Source: an uncultured cyanobacterium
Lineage (GTDB): Bacteria; Cyanobacteriota; Cyanobacteriia; Pseudanabaenales; Pseudanabaenaceae
DNA length: 64,000 nt
NCBI GenBank assembly: GCA_963703315.1
Contig: OY969811.1
Span: 2,464,001-2,528,000 of the forward strand
Direction of reading: 5' to 3'
Each line of letters opens with the position of its first letter. Position 1 is the first letter of the stretch. Below, one piece after another: positions 27,301 through 35,776 of the stretch. The notes under the pieces were generated by a model that searched no databases, was not told the DNA's origin, and worked only from the letters and a program-made list of their open reading frames with translations. The position numbers were made by a program, and so were the translations under genes.

Positions 27301-28796
27301 ATGCTGGAAAACTCTCAATCACATCCAACTCACTACATTTACTCAATGGCGCTCAAATTGGCGCGAGTGTATTTGGCAAAGGCACTGGTGGTCAAGTTGT
27401 CATCAGTTCTGACACAATTAAGCTAGAAGGAAAAGGTTTGGTATTTGGTCAAGATGTACCTACTGGCATATTCACGTCAGTGGAAGATAATGCGATCGGT
27501 AATGCAGGTAGTTTAGATGTTAGGACTCGTAACCTTGAGATATTAAATGGTGCGATTATTGGCGCAACAACAGAAGGACTAGGCAACGCAGGAAAAATTG
27601 CAATTCGGGCTAGTGATGCAATCTCTTTAAATAATGGGTCAATCCGCAGTAATGTTGGCACAACTGGTCAAGGGGATGGTGGTAGTTTAGAGATTTTTGC
27701 CAACAAACTACAGATTGCTAATCAATCGATTTTAAGCGCCTCAACTGCTAGCGCCAATAGTGGTGGCAATATCACAGTTACTTCTAAGAGTTTGGAAATT
27801 GCTAGCGGTTCCCAATTGCGAACTACGACCTCTAGTAGCGGCTCAGCAGGTAATATCTCTCTATTTCTCACGGATTTATTACAAATAGATGGTACAGATA
27901 GTGGCATTTTTGCTGGTACTACAGCTACTTCCACAGGTCAAAGCGGTACAATTTTTATCGATCCTGAACTTGTCACTTTGACCAATGGTGCCAAGATTTC
28001 TGTGAGTAGTCTCGGTAAAGGTAATGGCGGTAATATTGAGCTAATTGCTGGTTTACTATCGTTGAATGGTGGCTCTCAAATTAGTGCCGAAACCGCGAGT
28101 GGTGAAGGAGGAAATATTGTTTTACGAGTAAGAGACTTATTGTGGTTGAGAAATGGCAGTCTTATTAGCGCTACGGCTGGGAATGATGGCAATGGCGGCA
28201 ATATTGACTTAAATGCCAATTTCATCTTGGCGTTCCCCAAAGAAAACAGTGATATTATTGCCAATGCTTTTAAAGGAAAAGGTGGCAATATCAAAATTAC
28301 TACCCAAGCAATTTTTGGATTGCAATTTCGTCCCCGTTTGACTCCTTTAAGTGATATTACGGCAAGTTCAGACTTCGGGGTAAATGGAACAGTTAATATT
28401 AATACCCCAGGGGTTGACCCTAGCAAAGGGCTAACTAATTTACCAGTAGATATTAGTGATGCAAGCAAACTTGTTACGCAAAAATGTTTAGCCGATCGCC
28501 AAGGTAGTACATTTGTAATTACAGGACGTGGTGGGATTCCTGCTAGTCCAGTGGATGTAATTAGTGGTAATAACTTACAAGAAAATGTGGGTACAACAAC
28601 TAATCAAGTCACAAGTAAATCTAACCAATCTACTAATCAAAAGGCTAATCGCGATCGCTTACCAGATCGCATTGTTGAAGCACAAGGATGGGTTGTTGGC
28701 GATCGCGGGCAAATTTCTTTGATTGCTAAAGTTCTTGCTAGTCCAGCACCAATTTGGTCATCTCAACCTAAATGTATATCCATTTCAAGTAAGTAA
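24345..28796 (+). CDS. Filamentous haemagglutinin-like (TpsA-type) exoprotein 1
   Basis: Signal peptide ending SLAQ; TPS domain NQFHSFQNFSV, NLYLINPNGIVFG; Gly/Asn/Ser beta-helix repeats (GNAGNI); conserved C-terminus FVITGRGGIP...IVEAQGW. Confidence 0.9.
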   Translation: MMKQKIQSAIVVSVCSMIGLSFLSDVSLAQNAIAPDSTLPVNTLVNFDSASQTYTITGGTQSGANQFHSFQNFSVPTSNTAHFNNSAQTANIIGRVTGSNSSSIDGILRANGAANLYLINPNGIVFGQNAKLEIGGSFSASTAKSIKFADGSEFSATNPQTPPVLTVNVPLGLQYGTSNTGATITNRGNLFAGQDLVLNGDKLDLQGTLQAGRDLTLQAQDRIQIRDTSTNTFVAAAGRHLLVQGNQAVDIFALNNSQSGLFSGGNMLLRSPNSVIGDAHYYAGGNFKIEQLDGSLGNLESPNDPIIRSAGDVTFGIYVGSSLHILAGGRVNIDTIFITGADTTGNTINPTSTPTLSNVTLSNGKTLTINGSTQPTVDIRAGMNPSDIGASGITGTLSTNYFNCVFFGANCFYNSFPFPTFPPSTSQSATGSGITIGDIKVNSPNGIVLLTNNYKPNLALANEDIVITGAGSFGYQGIDTFSDTGNSGSIFVDSRRSIELTKNIFTFSTAASGIGGNVTLLANNDIRFGDNAVINANALFLGGQIDLKANGIISGQGISILSRSVESAIAGNSGDINITAGSLSLKNSSANPSVISTSTSGKANAGNITLNITGDATLAGVVNNFPTQIISNVSLTTTDNADATGNAGFVKVSAGNLKLQNGAQINSVTAALGQSGDMDISANTISIDGLGSGINNQTLITSQAHGGKLTINTGSLTVTNEGQLSTITSGKGNAGELKIIATGDVIFDRSSASSAINFSGIGQGGNLSITARSLQLLNGSQINAAIFGQGNGGKITVTTDSIAISGSGVLFGENLSSAIATALQASTSIGNAGDIDLKTRILNLGSGTFISAANNGKGNTGNIDIVATESIFLNNSNIDNFISTTGQGNGGNLTINSPSISLSNKAKLSVQTAGIGNAGNLNLFTQSLSLTDNSQLQAFTDGIGNAGNITIAPINTLLNPNAKPNNMVRIDGSIVSVDVNTNGQGNAGKLSITSNSLHLLNGAQIGASVFGKGTGGQVVISSDTIKLEGKGLVFGQDVPTGIFTSVEDNAIGNAGSLDVRTRNLEILNGAIIGATTEGLGNAGKIAIRASDAISLNNGSIRSNVGTTGQGDGGSLEIFANKLQIANQSILSASTASANSGGNITVTSKSLEIASGSQLRTTTSSSGSAGNISLFLTDLLQIDGTDSGIFAGTTATSTGQSGTIFIDPELVTLTNGAKISVSSLGKGNGGNIELIAGLLSLNGGSQISAETASGEGGNIVLRVRDLLWLRNGSLISATAGNDGNGGNIDLNANFILAFPKENSDIIANAFKGKGGNIKITTQAIFGLQFRPRLTPLSDITASSDFGVNGTVNINTPGVDPSKGLTNLPVDISDASKLVTQKCLADRQGSTFVITGRGGIPASPVDVISGNNLQENVGTTTNQVTSKSNQSTNQKANRDRLPDRIVEAQGWVVGDRGQISLIAKVLASPAPIWSSQPKCISISSK

Positions 28797-28862
28797 TATA
28801 AATCAAAAAGTATGCAATTAGTTATTTAAAGTTACTTAGTTAGTTATTTAAAGTTATTTATA

Positions 28863-28953
28863 TATAGCAATCCTAAATGTTTTGTGTAAGAGCGCTCCTT
28901 TGGAGCGCTCTTACACAAAACTAAAAATCTACAAATGATTTAGGACTGCTATA
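28863..28953. repeat. TATAGC...GCTATA-bounded hairpin mini-element
   Basis: TATAGCAATCCTAAAT-[GTTTTGTGTAAGAGCGCTCC...GGAGCGCTCTTACACAAAAC]-...ATTTAGGACTGCTATA; inverted decayed relative at 43360-43432. Confidence 0.75.
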
Positions 28954-29104
28954 TTAATAGATATTTTATAATGCTAAGCATAAATGCTGAATGTATTAAA
29001 TTTTATATATTTTTTGATATTTGAATACAGATATATTATTTTTATATATTTATAATATTTAAAAGATTGGCAATCACTCTCATAAAAATATTGAAGGAGC
29101 AGCA

Positions 29105-32100
29105 ATGGCTAGATTTTGGTTAGAGAATAAGAAACTGCTAGCTTACATACTTGTAAGTGTCACCTCGTTGTGTACTTGTTTCCCTAAAGCTAGCCTTGCT
29201 CAAAATGCGATCGCACCAGATAACACTCTTCCCGTCAATACATTAGTCAACTTTGACAGTGCAACTAAGACCTACACAATCACAGGTGGAACGCAGGCTG
29301 GAACAAATCAGTTTCATAGTTTTCAAGATTTCTCAGTTCCCACTGAAAATACTACTCATTTTAATAACTCCCTAACAACGACTAATGTAATCGGGCGAGT
29401 AACTGGCTCAAACATCTCAAATATTGATGGCACATTAAGAACCAATGGAGCAGCAAATTTATATCTAGTTAACCCTAACGGTATTATTTTTGGGGCAAAT
29501 GCCAAATTAGACATTGCTGGCTCATTTAGTGCTAGCACTGCTAACAGCATCAAGTTCTCTGATGGTAGCGAGTTTAGTGCGACGAATCCCCAAGCACCAC
29601 CATTATTACAAGTAAATGTGCCACTGGGTTTACAGTATGGCAATAGTAACGCAGGAGCAACGATTGTCAATCGGGGGAATCTCTCGGCGGGGCAAGATTT
29701 AGTTCTCAATGCCGATAAGTTAGATTTGCAAGGAACTTTGCGATCGGGGCGAGATTTGACATTTCAAGCTCAGGATTCAGTGAAGATTCGGGATACTGTT
29801 ACTAATCCATTTATTGCCACCTCTGCCAGAGACATGAAGATTCAGGGCAATCAGAACATCGATATCTTTGTTCTTAATAACCCCTTAACTCAGATATTGA
29901 GTGGCAGAAACTTAGGTTTAGTCAGCGATGGTGAAATTTCTGGCGATGCTCATTTTTCAAGTGCTGGTAATCTTTCCTTTAGCACGACAATGGGAGGATA
30001 TGCCAACTTCATTAGTAAGTATGATCCAATCATTTATGCTAATGGTGATGTGACATTTGGAAACTATAGTGGTGCATCCCTCAAGATAGAAGCAACAGGG
30101 AGCATTCAAGGTGGGGATATTACCATTACATCTCCTGACACTTCTGGAGCAATTCCAGTAAACGATCCAGATTTTACAGCGTTAACAACTCTTCCGTCTG
30201 TGATTTTGAGAGCAGGTGTTGCTTCTGTCTCCAATAATATTCCCCAAACTACAGGAGGTACAACTTTCTCTTCCTCTAATTTAGGGAATCCAGTAGGAAA
30301 AATTACAGTTGGAAATGTAGATACATCATCATATACAGCAAACGGTGGTTTGATTGAATTTACTGCGACTAATGACATTACCGCAAATAGCCTTAGCTCA
30401 TATTCTTCTTCCGCAAATGCTGGAAATATTAAGCTCACAAGTACTAATGGCAAGATTACAGTCAATAATTCCATTAATGCAAGTACAGGATATAACGCTA
30501 GTCAGGGAGGTGAAGTCAACTTAAATGCTGATGGCGATATCATCACCAATGGCATCAGATCTGACGGTGGTACGGGTGGAAAGAGTGGAGATATTAGGCT
30601 AGAAAGCACTACAGGCACGATAAACATTAATGGCACGATCAATTCTAGTAATTATGCGACTGATGTAGATACTCGTGGCGGCGATATTAGTATTTTTGCT
30701 TGGGGTGGAGCGATTAATATTGGAAATAATGTTAGTTTGAATGCAAAATCGGTAGGTAGTAATATTGCAGGTAACATTACACTTAATGCTCAAGGAGATA
30801 TTAACTTTGGGCTTTCTTCTGAAGTACTTTCCCAAAGTAACAACAGTACTTCTACTAACACTTTTGCTTTTAGTGCTGTAAGATTAACATCAGTTGATGG
30901 TTCGATAACTTTAGACAAGGCAAAAATAAGCGCTGAAAATCTTCATGCTGATAGGGATTCAGGTGATGTTTTTATTGAAGCGGGCAAAAATGTTGTTATA
31001 AAAAATGGTAGCACAGTTGTTAGTAATGGAAATTATGGAAGAATTTTTATTACTGGTGGTACATCTGTTGCTAACTCTTTAGTAGAAGTTCTAGATTCTA
31101 CCCTCACTACTGCAAATCCATTTACCACTAATAAAAACACAATTAAAATTGAATTTGGATCTGCCTCATCAAACAATGGAACTATTAATCTTAAAAATTC
31201 GACATTAACTTCTCTGATTTCTGGGAACGCAATTCGAGCTTTACCTTCTTCTGGTGAAATTATTATTTCTGGCAACCTTATTAATATAGATAATAGCCAG
31301 ATTATTTTTGATACAGAGTCTGCGGGCAATGCTGGCACAATTGAGATTAAAAGCTCAAACAACAATGATATTAATATTACTAATAATAGCCTTGTTTCCT
31401 CTACTTCAAGTAGTTTAGGGAATTCTGGGAATATTATATTAAATGCTAACAAATTAACTCTCGATAACTCTACTCTATCTACATCTACTTCAGGTAGTGG
31501 AATCGGTGGCAGCATTACGATTACTGCACCTCAGTCTGTGACAATCAGTAGTAATGGAAAGATTACTGCTGAGACATCTGGAAGTGCTAATGGTGGTGCG
31601 ATTGAACTTAATACTCAAGTACTCAACCTTCAAAATGGCTCTCAAATATCTGCTTCTACAGACTCTACAAATAGTAGTGTTTTGGGAGGGAATGTATTAG
31701 TCAACGCTTCAACTTTGACGCTGACTCAAGGAAGTAGCATTAAAGCAGATACCTCGTCTGCTGCACAAGGCGGAAGTTTAACTTTTAATCCTTACAATAG
31801 TGACCAAACACTAATATTTACTTTTGCTGATGATTCACTAATATCCACATCTTCTACATTGGTTGCAACTGGGAAAGGAGGTGACATTAAAGTTACAGCG
31901 CCACAATCAATAACATTAAATGGTAATGGCGCGATCGCTGCGGAGACATCTGGAAGTGGTAATGGCGGCAAGATTGAAATTAATACTCAAGTACTCACAC
32001 TAGACAATAGTGCAGTATCTGCTTCTACAACTGGAAGTGGAGTTGGTGGGAGCATTACGATTACAGCACCTCAATCTATGACAATAAGTAATTATGGGGA

Positions 32101-35100
32101 AATAGCTGCTGATACAAGTTCTGCTGTTGCTTTAGGAATTGGTGGCAATGTGAAGGTAGATACTGCTAGCTTGACATTAACTGGTGACAGTACCCTAACT
32201 ACTAGCACAACAGGAGCAGCAGTAGGAGGAGCAATGACAATTAAGACAAATACTCTAACAGTTGAGGGTGGTAGTAATATCTCTGCAAGAACTGGAGAAA
32301 CCAATCCAAATGCAACTGGAAAAGGGGGGGATATTTCAATTCAACCTTATAGTGGAGATTTACTGAATGTAGTAGCCAATAATTCTGAAGCAATCTCCGT
32401 TTCTTCCTTTGGTGATGGATTAGGAGGTGTTTTAAGTTTTAGCGCACCAACGGTTACATTTAACGGTTCTGGCGACATTACTGCTGATGCGAGAGGAACT
32501 CAAACAGGGGGAAGTATCGTTATTTCTGCTAATACATTAGCTATAAATACAAATTTCTATGCTGAAGCTTTTCAAGGTAGTGGTAATGGGGGAGATTTCA
32601 CGATCCAGTCATATGATGGTCAAAACTTAGATGTTACACTTAATAGCCTATTATCTGTTTCTTCACATACTTCAGGTATTGCAGGAATATTAAAAATTGT
32701 TGCTCCACAGACAATCGTAATTCAAGGAAATGGAAGCTTAAAAGCTAGTGCATCTAGTAGTGGTAATGCTGGAAATATTTTCTTGTCTGCGCTCAATTCT
32801 ATTTCTATACAAGGTATTGACATTGATTCTGGTACTGTTTCAAATAGTGGGCTAGGTGGCAACATCACAATTAACACTCAACAACTTAATCTTACCAACA
32901 GTGCGAAGTTATCTGCTTCTACAAATTCTCTAGATGCTGCTGCTGTAGGTGGTTCTGTATTTGTGAATGCGGCGATCGCAAATCTGCAAGGTGGCAGCCA
33001 AATTTTAGCTCAAACATTTGGAGTTGCCAAAGCTGGCAGCATGATTTTTAAGCCTTATAGTAACGGACAAACAGTACTAATTACCTTTGCTGATAATTCT
33101 CAAATTTCTACGTCTTCTAAGTTAGGTGCAACTGGTCAAGGTGGCGATATTAGCATTACTGCGCCTCAATCTATAACCATAAGTGGTAATGGCAAGATGA
33201 CGGCGGAAACAGAAGGCAGTGGTAATAGTGGCAAGATTTTATTTGAGGCTCCTACTTTAACAATTACTGGCGAGGCAGAGGTATCAGCCGCAACTAAAGG
33301 CTCGGGAGCAGGAGGTAGTATTACCATCAATGCTCCTACCGCAGTGAACTTGATCCAAGTAAATGGAGTCTCACCAGTACTCTCTGTAGAAACTAGTAAT
33401 GCAGGTAAAGCAGGTAATATTGTTATTAATACGTCTATTCTCAATCTCTCGGATCAGGCGAGAATAACGGCTACTGCCACCAGCACTTCTACCAATACAG
33501 ATGGTGGTGGTAGCATCACGCTCAATGCCTCAACTATGAACCTATTTGGCACAGTTGGTGTGTTTGCTGAAACTCAAGGAGATGCTCCCGCAGGAAGTCT
33601 CAAGCTAAATCCCTATCTCAACGATCCCAATCTACAAATAAATCTTACTTCTGGTTCTCAAATCTCAGCATCAACATCAGGAAAAGGGAATGGTGGTGAT
33701 ATCCTGCTCACTGCACCTAATTCCATCACATTATCAGGACAGGGAACTATATCTGTAGAAGCCAAACAAGGTAGTAGTGGGAATGCAGGAAATATTAGTT
33801 TTATTACACCCAACCTCTTTCTCACAAATGGTGTCACGGTTTCCGCATCAACGGCTGGTACTGGCAAAGCAGGAGACATTTTTGTAAAGGTCAATAACTT
33901 AGCCATGTCCAATGGTGCAAGCATTAAAACCATCACATCTAGTTTTGGAGACTCAGGCAAAATTGACGTAAATGTGGCAAATAACTTTCTGCTTACAGAT
34001 TTGGCTACAGGTTTATTTGCTAATACAGAATTAAATTCTTCGGGAAAAGGTGGTGATATTACGATCAAAGTGCCAACTTTGACTATTACTGGAGGCGCAC
34101 AAATTTCTGCTGCAACTGATGGAGCAGGAGCAGGAGGAAGTATAACGATCAATGCACCTACTTTTGTAGAGTTAATTCGGATGCTAGATTCTTCGCCAGT
34201 ACTTTCAGTCCAAACTAGCAATGCAGGTAAAGCAGGCAATATAGTTATTAATACTCCTATGCTTACGCTCTCAGATCAAGCAAGAATCACTGCTACTGCT
34301 ACTGCCACTGCTACTAATAAAGATGGTGGTGGTAGTATTACGTTGAATGCTTCTAAAATGAACTTGGCAGGCATAGTCGGTGTCTTTGCCGAAACTCAGG
34401 GATTAGCTCCCGCAGGGAGTCTCAAGCTCAATCCTTACCTCAACGATCCTAATCTGTTAGTTACTCTCACGACAGGTTCTCAAATCTCAGCATCCACATC
34501 AGGACAGGGTAATGGAGGAGATTTAATTCTCACAGCTCCTAATTCCATCACGTTATCTGGTAAAGGAACCCTATCTGTCGAAACTAAACAGGGTAGTAGT
34601 GGGAATGCAGGTAGCATCAAATTTACCACAGGAGATCTTCTTCTCACCGATGGTGTAACAGTTTCTGCTTCGACGGCTGGTACAGGCAAAGCAGGAGATA
34701 TATCGGTGAAGGTCAATAACTTCACTCTCTCCAATGGTGCAAGTATTCAAACTAAGACTTCTAGCTCTGGTGATTCAGGGAAAATTGAAGTAATCGTAGG
34801 AAACAATCTGATCCTTGTGGGGGATGGTACTGGCTTATTTGCGGATACGACTCCTGATTCCACAGGTAAGGGTGGGAGTATTTTTGTTGATCCGCCTCTT
34901 GTCAGTATTACTAATGGTGCAGGGATTTCTGTTAACAGTTTAGGCAAAGGAAATGGCGGTAACATTGATATCTTTGCAGAGAACTTCATCTTTGCTAACA
35001 ATGCTTTTCTTCGTGCCAATACTGCTAGTGGTGAGGGTGGCAACATTAATCTTCAGATTGCTAATAGCTTCTTCCCACGTAATAACAGCAGCATTACTGC

Positions 35101-35713
35101 CACAGCCGCAGGGACGGGTAACGGTGGTAACATCACGCTCTCAGGAATGTTCTTTATTTCTTACCCTTCTGAAAACAACGACATCTTTGCTAATGCCTTT
35201 TTGGGCAGAGGTGGAAATATTAACATTACTACACAGGGAATCTTTGGATTACAATTTCGTCCCCGTTTGACTCCTTTAAGTGATATTACCGCAAGTTCAG
35301 ACTTCGGGGTAAATGGAACGGTTAATATTAATACCCCGGGGGTTGACCCTAGCAAAGGATTAACTAATTTACCAGTAGATATTGGTGATGCGAGTAAACT
35401 TGTCTCTCAGAAATGTTTAGCCGATCGCCAAGGTAGTGCATTTGTAATCACAGGTCGTGGGGGGATTCCTGCTAGTCCAGTGGATGTAATTAGTGGTAAT
35501 AACTTACAAGAAAATGTGGGTACAACAACTAATCAAGTCGCAAGTAAAACTACCCAATCTGTCAATCAACAGGCTAATCGCGATCGCTTGCCCGATCGCA
35601 TTGTTGAGGCGCAAGGCTGGACAATTAGCCCACAGGGTGAAGTGGCTCTTGTGGCAGAAGTTGCCCAACCTGTACCTGCGCCTACTTGGGCGAAACAACT
35701 ACGATGTCTTTGA
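29105..35713 (+). CDS. Filamentous haemagglutinin-like (TpsA-type) exoprotein 2
   Basis: 2202 aa; same TPS N-terminus and C-terminus as exoprotein 1; RBS GAAGGAG; internal 274-aa tandem duplication. Confidence 0.9.
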   Translation: MARFWLENKKLLAYILVSVTSLCTCFPKASLAQNAIAPDNTLPVNTLVNFDSATKTYTITGGTQAGTNQFHSFQDFSVPTENTTHFNNSLTTTNVIGRVTGSNISNIDGTLRTNGAANLYLVNPNGIIFGANAKLDIAGSFSASTANSIKFSDGSEFSATNPQAPPLLQVNVPLGLQYGNSNAGATIVNRGNLSAGQDLVLNADKLDLQGTLRSGRDLTFQAQDSVKIRDTVTNPFIATSARDMKIQGNQNIDIFVLNNPLTQILSGRNLGLVSDGEISGDAHFSSAGNLSFSTTMGGYANFISKYDPIIYANGDVTFGNYSGASLKIEATGSIQGGDITITSPDTSGAIPVNDPDFTALTTLPSVILRAGVASVSNNIPQTTGGTTFSSSNLGNPVGKITVGNVDTSSYTANGGLIEFTATNDITANSLSSYSSSANAGNIKLTSTNGKITVNNSINASTGYNASQGGEVNLNADGDIITNGIRSDGGTGGKSGDIRLESTTGTININGTINSSNYATDVDTRGGDISIFAWGGAINIGNNVSLNAKSVGSNIAGNITLNAQGDINFGLSSEVLSQSNNSTSTNTFAFSAVRLTSVDGSITLDKAKISAENLHADRDSGDVFIEAGKNVVIKNGSTVVSNGNYGRIFITGGTSVANSLVEVLDSTLTTANPFTTNKNTIKIEFGSASSNNGTINLKNSTLTSLISGNAIRALPSSGEIIISGNLINIDNSQIIFDTESAGNAGTIEIKSSNNNDINITNNSLVSSTSSSLGNSGNIILNANKLTLDNSTLSTSTSGSGIGGSITITAPQSVTISSNGKITAETSGSANGGAIELNTQVLNLQNGSQISASTDSTNSSVLGGNVLVNASTLTLTQGSSIKADTSSAAQGGSLTFNPYNSDQTLIFTFADDSLISTSSTLVATGKGGDIKVTAPQSITLNGNGAIAAETSGSGNGGKIEINTQVLTLDNSAVSASTTGSGVGGSITITAPQSMTISNYGEIAADTSSAVALGIGGNVKVDTASLTLTGDSTLTTSTTGAAVGGAMTIKTNTLTVEGGSNISARTGETNPNATGKGGDISIQPYSGDLLNVVANNSEAISVSSFGDGLGGVLSFSAPTVTFNGSGDITADARGTQTGGSIVISANTLAINTNFYAEAFQGSGNGGDFTIQSYDGQNLDVTLNSLLSVSSHTSGIAGILKIVAPQTIVIQGNGSLKASASSSGNAGNIFLSALNSISIQGIDIDSGTVSNSGLGGNITINTQQLNLTNSAKLSASTNSLDAAAVGGSVFVNAAIANLQGGSQILAQTFGVAKAGSMIFKPYSNGQTVLITFADNSQISTSSKLGATGQGGDISITAPQSITISGNGKMTAETEGSGNSGKILFEAPTLTITGEAEVSAATKGSGAGGSITINAPTAVNLIQVNGVSPVLSVETSNAGKAGNIVINTSILNLSDQARITATATSTSTNTDGGGSITLNASTMNLFGTVGVFAETQGDAPAGSLKLNPYLNDPNLQINLTSGSQISASTSGKGNGGDILLTAPNSITLSGQGTISVEAKQGSSGNAGNISFITPNLFLTNGVTVSASTAGTGKAGDIFVKVNNLAMSNGASIKTITSSFGDSGKIDVNVANNFLLTDLATGLFANTELNSSGKGGDITIKVPTLTITGGAQISAATDGAGAGGSITINAPTFVELIRMLDSSPVLSVQTSNAGKAGNIVINTPMLTLSDQARITATATATATNKDGGGSITLNASKMNLAGIVGVFAETQGLAPAGSLKLNPYLNDPNLLVTLTTGSQISASTSGQGNGGDLILTAPNSITLSGKGTLSVETKQGSSGNAGSIKFTTGDLLLTDGVTVSASTAGTGKAGDISVKVNNFTLSNGASIQTKTSSSGDSGKIEVIVGNNLILVGDGTGLFADTTPDSTGKGGSIFVDPPLVSITNGAGISVNSLGKGNGGNIDIFAENFIFANNAFLRANTASGEGGNINLQIANSFFPRNNSSITATAAGTGNGGNITLSGMFFISYPSENNDIFANAFLGRGGNINITTQGIFGLQFRPRLTPLSDITASSDFGVNGTVNINTPGVDPSKGLTNLPVDIGDASKLVSQKCLADRQGSAFVITGRGGIPASPVDVISGNNLQENVGTTTNQVASKTTQSVNQQANRDRLPDRIVEAQGWTISPQGEVALVAEVAQPVPAPTWAKQLRCL

Positions 35714-35776
35714 TATTAGGAAAGGCTATGCGAGGTTCAGCCTTTCACAGGTTTATTAAATAAAGGAAATAGGCAG

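Noticed and set aside
24564..35698. Many antisense ORFs within the two exoprotein genes
   Set aside because: Expected antisense open frames from repetitive Gly/Asn/Ser/Thr codons; no independent motifs.
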